A stretch of DNA of 63,171 nt, the filler included, from Chiloscyllium plagiosum (lineage: Eukaryota): assembly GCF_004010195.1 (NCBI RefSeq). It is 5 parts of one record of this genome, joined end to end, with 100 filler letters (N's around TTAATTAATTAA, not from the genome) between each part and the next. Parts side by side here need not be neighbours in the genome. Positions count along the whole stretch, not along the records: positions 53,458 to 63,171 come from NC_057710.1; 4 more parts are not named here. One strand, 5' to 3'. A program made the position numbers and the translations under genes. Positions 62,110-63,171 of this stretch are shown piece after piece. Numbering within the stretch: the stretch's first letter is position 1; every line of letters begins with the position of its first letter. Below the pieces are notes generated by a model that was not told where the DNA came from, searched no databases, and saw only the letters and a list, made by a program, of their open reading frames with translations.

Positions 62110-63171
62110 GAGTGCGAGCAGCAGCTGAGTTTAAACGAACCCGGAAGGCTACAGCTAAGGTGAGACAGTTTGTTTTAAAATTACTTACCGTTAGCGGGCA
62201 GCGGTGTTTTCTTTCCTCTTCACAGAAAGATCAGGAGCAGCAGGGCGAAGTGACGACGACCAGAGGGGCAGCCGGAAGCTGGTGTAGCACAAGCTTACCT
62301 GGGTAGGTTTTTTTCCCTGTAAAAGCGCGCAGGAGAGGAGCCCAAGGCACTACAGAGGTAGTGCCTCCCACCCACCCTCCTCCTCTAACCTAATAATAAG
62401 ACCCGTTGTGGTAAGTAGGTAAGTGCTGCATTTTGCTTGTTCTATTCTTTAAACCTAGTTTTTTTTTAAAAAGGTTACTTTTAGAGGGATGGCAGTGAAG
62501 GCAGTGCAATGTTCCTCTTGCAACATGTTTGAGGTGAGGGATGCCATGGTCGTCCCTGCTGATTACACTTGCAGGAAGTGCACCCATCTCCAGCTCCTCC
62601 AAGACCGTGTTAGGGAGTTGGATGAACTTAGGATCATTCGGGAGGCAGAGGGGGTCATAGATCGGAGCTTTAGGGAAGTAGTAACTCAAAAGACTGCAGA
62701 CAGATGGGTGACAGTGAGGGGGACTGGGAGGAAGCAGCCAGTGCAGGGACCCCCTGCGGCCGTACCCCTCAAGAATAAGTATACCGTTTTGGATACTTGT
62801 GGGGGGGACGACTTACCAGGGGTAAGCAATGGGGTTCAGGCCTCTGGCACGGAGCCTGTCCCTGTTGCTCAGAAGGGAAGGGTGGAGAAGAGCAGAGCAA
62901 CAGTTATTGGGGACTCGCTAGTTCGGGGCACAGATAGGCTGTTCTGTGGGGGTGAGAGAGACTCACGTTTGGTATGTTGCCTCCCAGGTGCAAGGGTACG
63001 TGACGTCTCTGATCGTGTTTTCCGGGTCCTTAAGGGAGAGGGGGAGCAGCCCGAAGTCGTGGTCCACATTGGCACCAACGACATAGGTAGGAGGAGGGCT
63101 GAGGATGTTAGGCAAGCTTTCAGGGAGCTAGGTTGGAAGCTCAGAGTTAGAACAAACAGAATTGTTGTCTC
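62110..63171 (+). mobile_element. 5' end of a young CR1 LINE (5' UTR and ORF1)
   Basis: CpG-containing 5' UTR followed by an uninterrupted ORF1. Confidence 0.88.
62489..63171 (+). CDS. CR1 ORF1 protein (CxxC...CxxC zinc finger, coiled coil, SGNH/GDSL esterase); partial, open to the window end
   Basis: MAVKAVQCSSCNMFEV...YTCRKCTHLQLLQDRVRELDELR...VIGDSLVRGTDR...CCLPGARV...VVVHIGTNDIG; no stop in 227 codons, so absent from the ORF track. Confidence 0.88.
   Translation, partial: MAVKAVQCSSCNMFEVRDAMVVPADYTCRKCTHLQLLQDRVRELDELRIIREAEGVIDRSFREVVTQKTADRWVTVRGTGRKQPVQGPPAAVPLKNKYTVLDTCGGDDLPGVSNGVQASGTEPVPVAQKGRVEKSRATVIGDSLVRGTDRLFCGGERDSRLVCCLPGARVRDVSDRVFRVLKGEGEQPEVVVHIGTNDIGRRRAEDVRQAFRELGWKLRVRTNRIVV

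Overview
Eukaryotic, repeat-dense DNA, almost certainly from a cartilaginous fish (shark). The taxonomic call is inferred from HE1-type V-SINEs and CR1/HER1-type LINEs, not from a database hit. No host protein-coding gene can be supported, so the window looks intronic or intergenic. It is a mosaic of decayed CR1 LINEs (several 3'-tail families, plus one young 5' end with an open ORF1 at the right edge), a second L2/CR1-like LINE family, an L1/Tx1 fragment, a Gypsy LTR/gag relic, tRNA-derived V-SINEs, a 24-bp minisatellite and assembly gaps, four of which carry an artificial TTAATTAATTAA linker. The main signal is about 20 short (45-650 bp) Penelope-like-element (PLE) derived insertions in three sequence families. 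Many carry a minimal type I hammerhead ribozyme motif (CUGANGA-stem II-GAAA-palindrome-UH) with covarying stem II. They often have 9-16 bp target-site duplications and inverted or palindromic structures. A decayed GIY-YIG endonuclease fragment at 43256-43879 ends in the same ribozyme and tail, which links the short elements to a Penelope parent. Repeat boundaries are read by eye and approximate unless a TSD is quoted.
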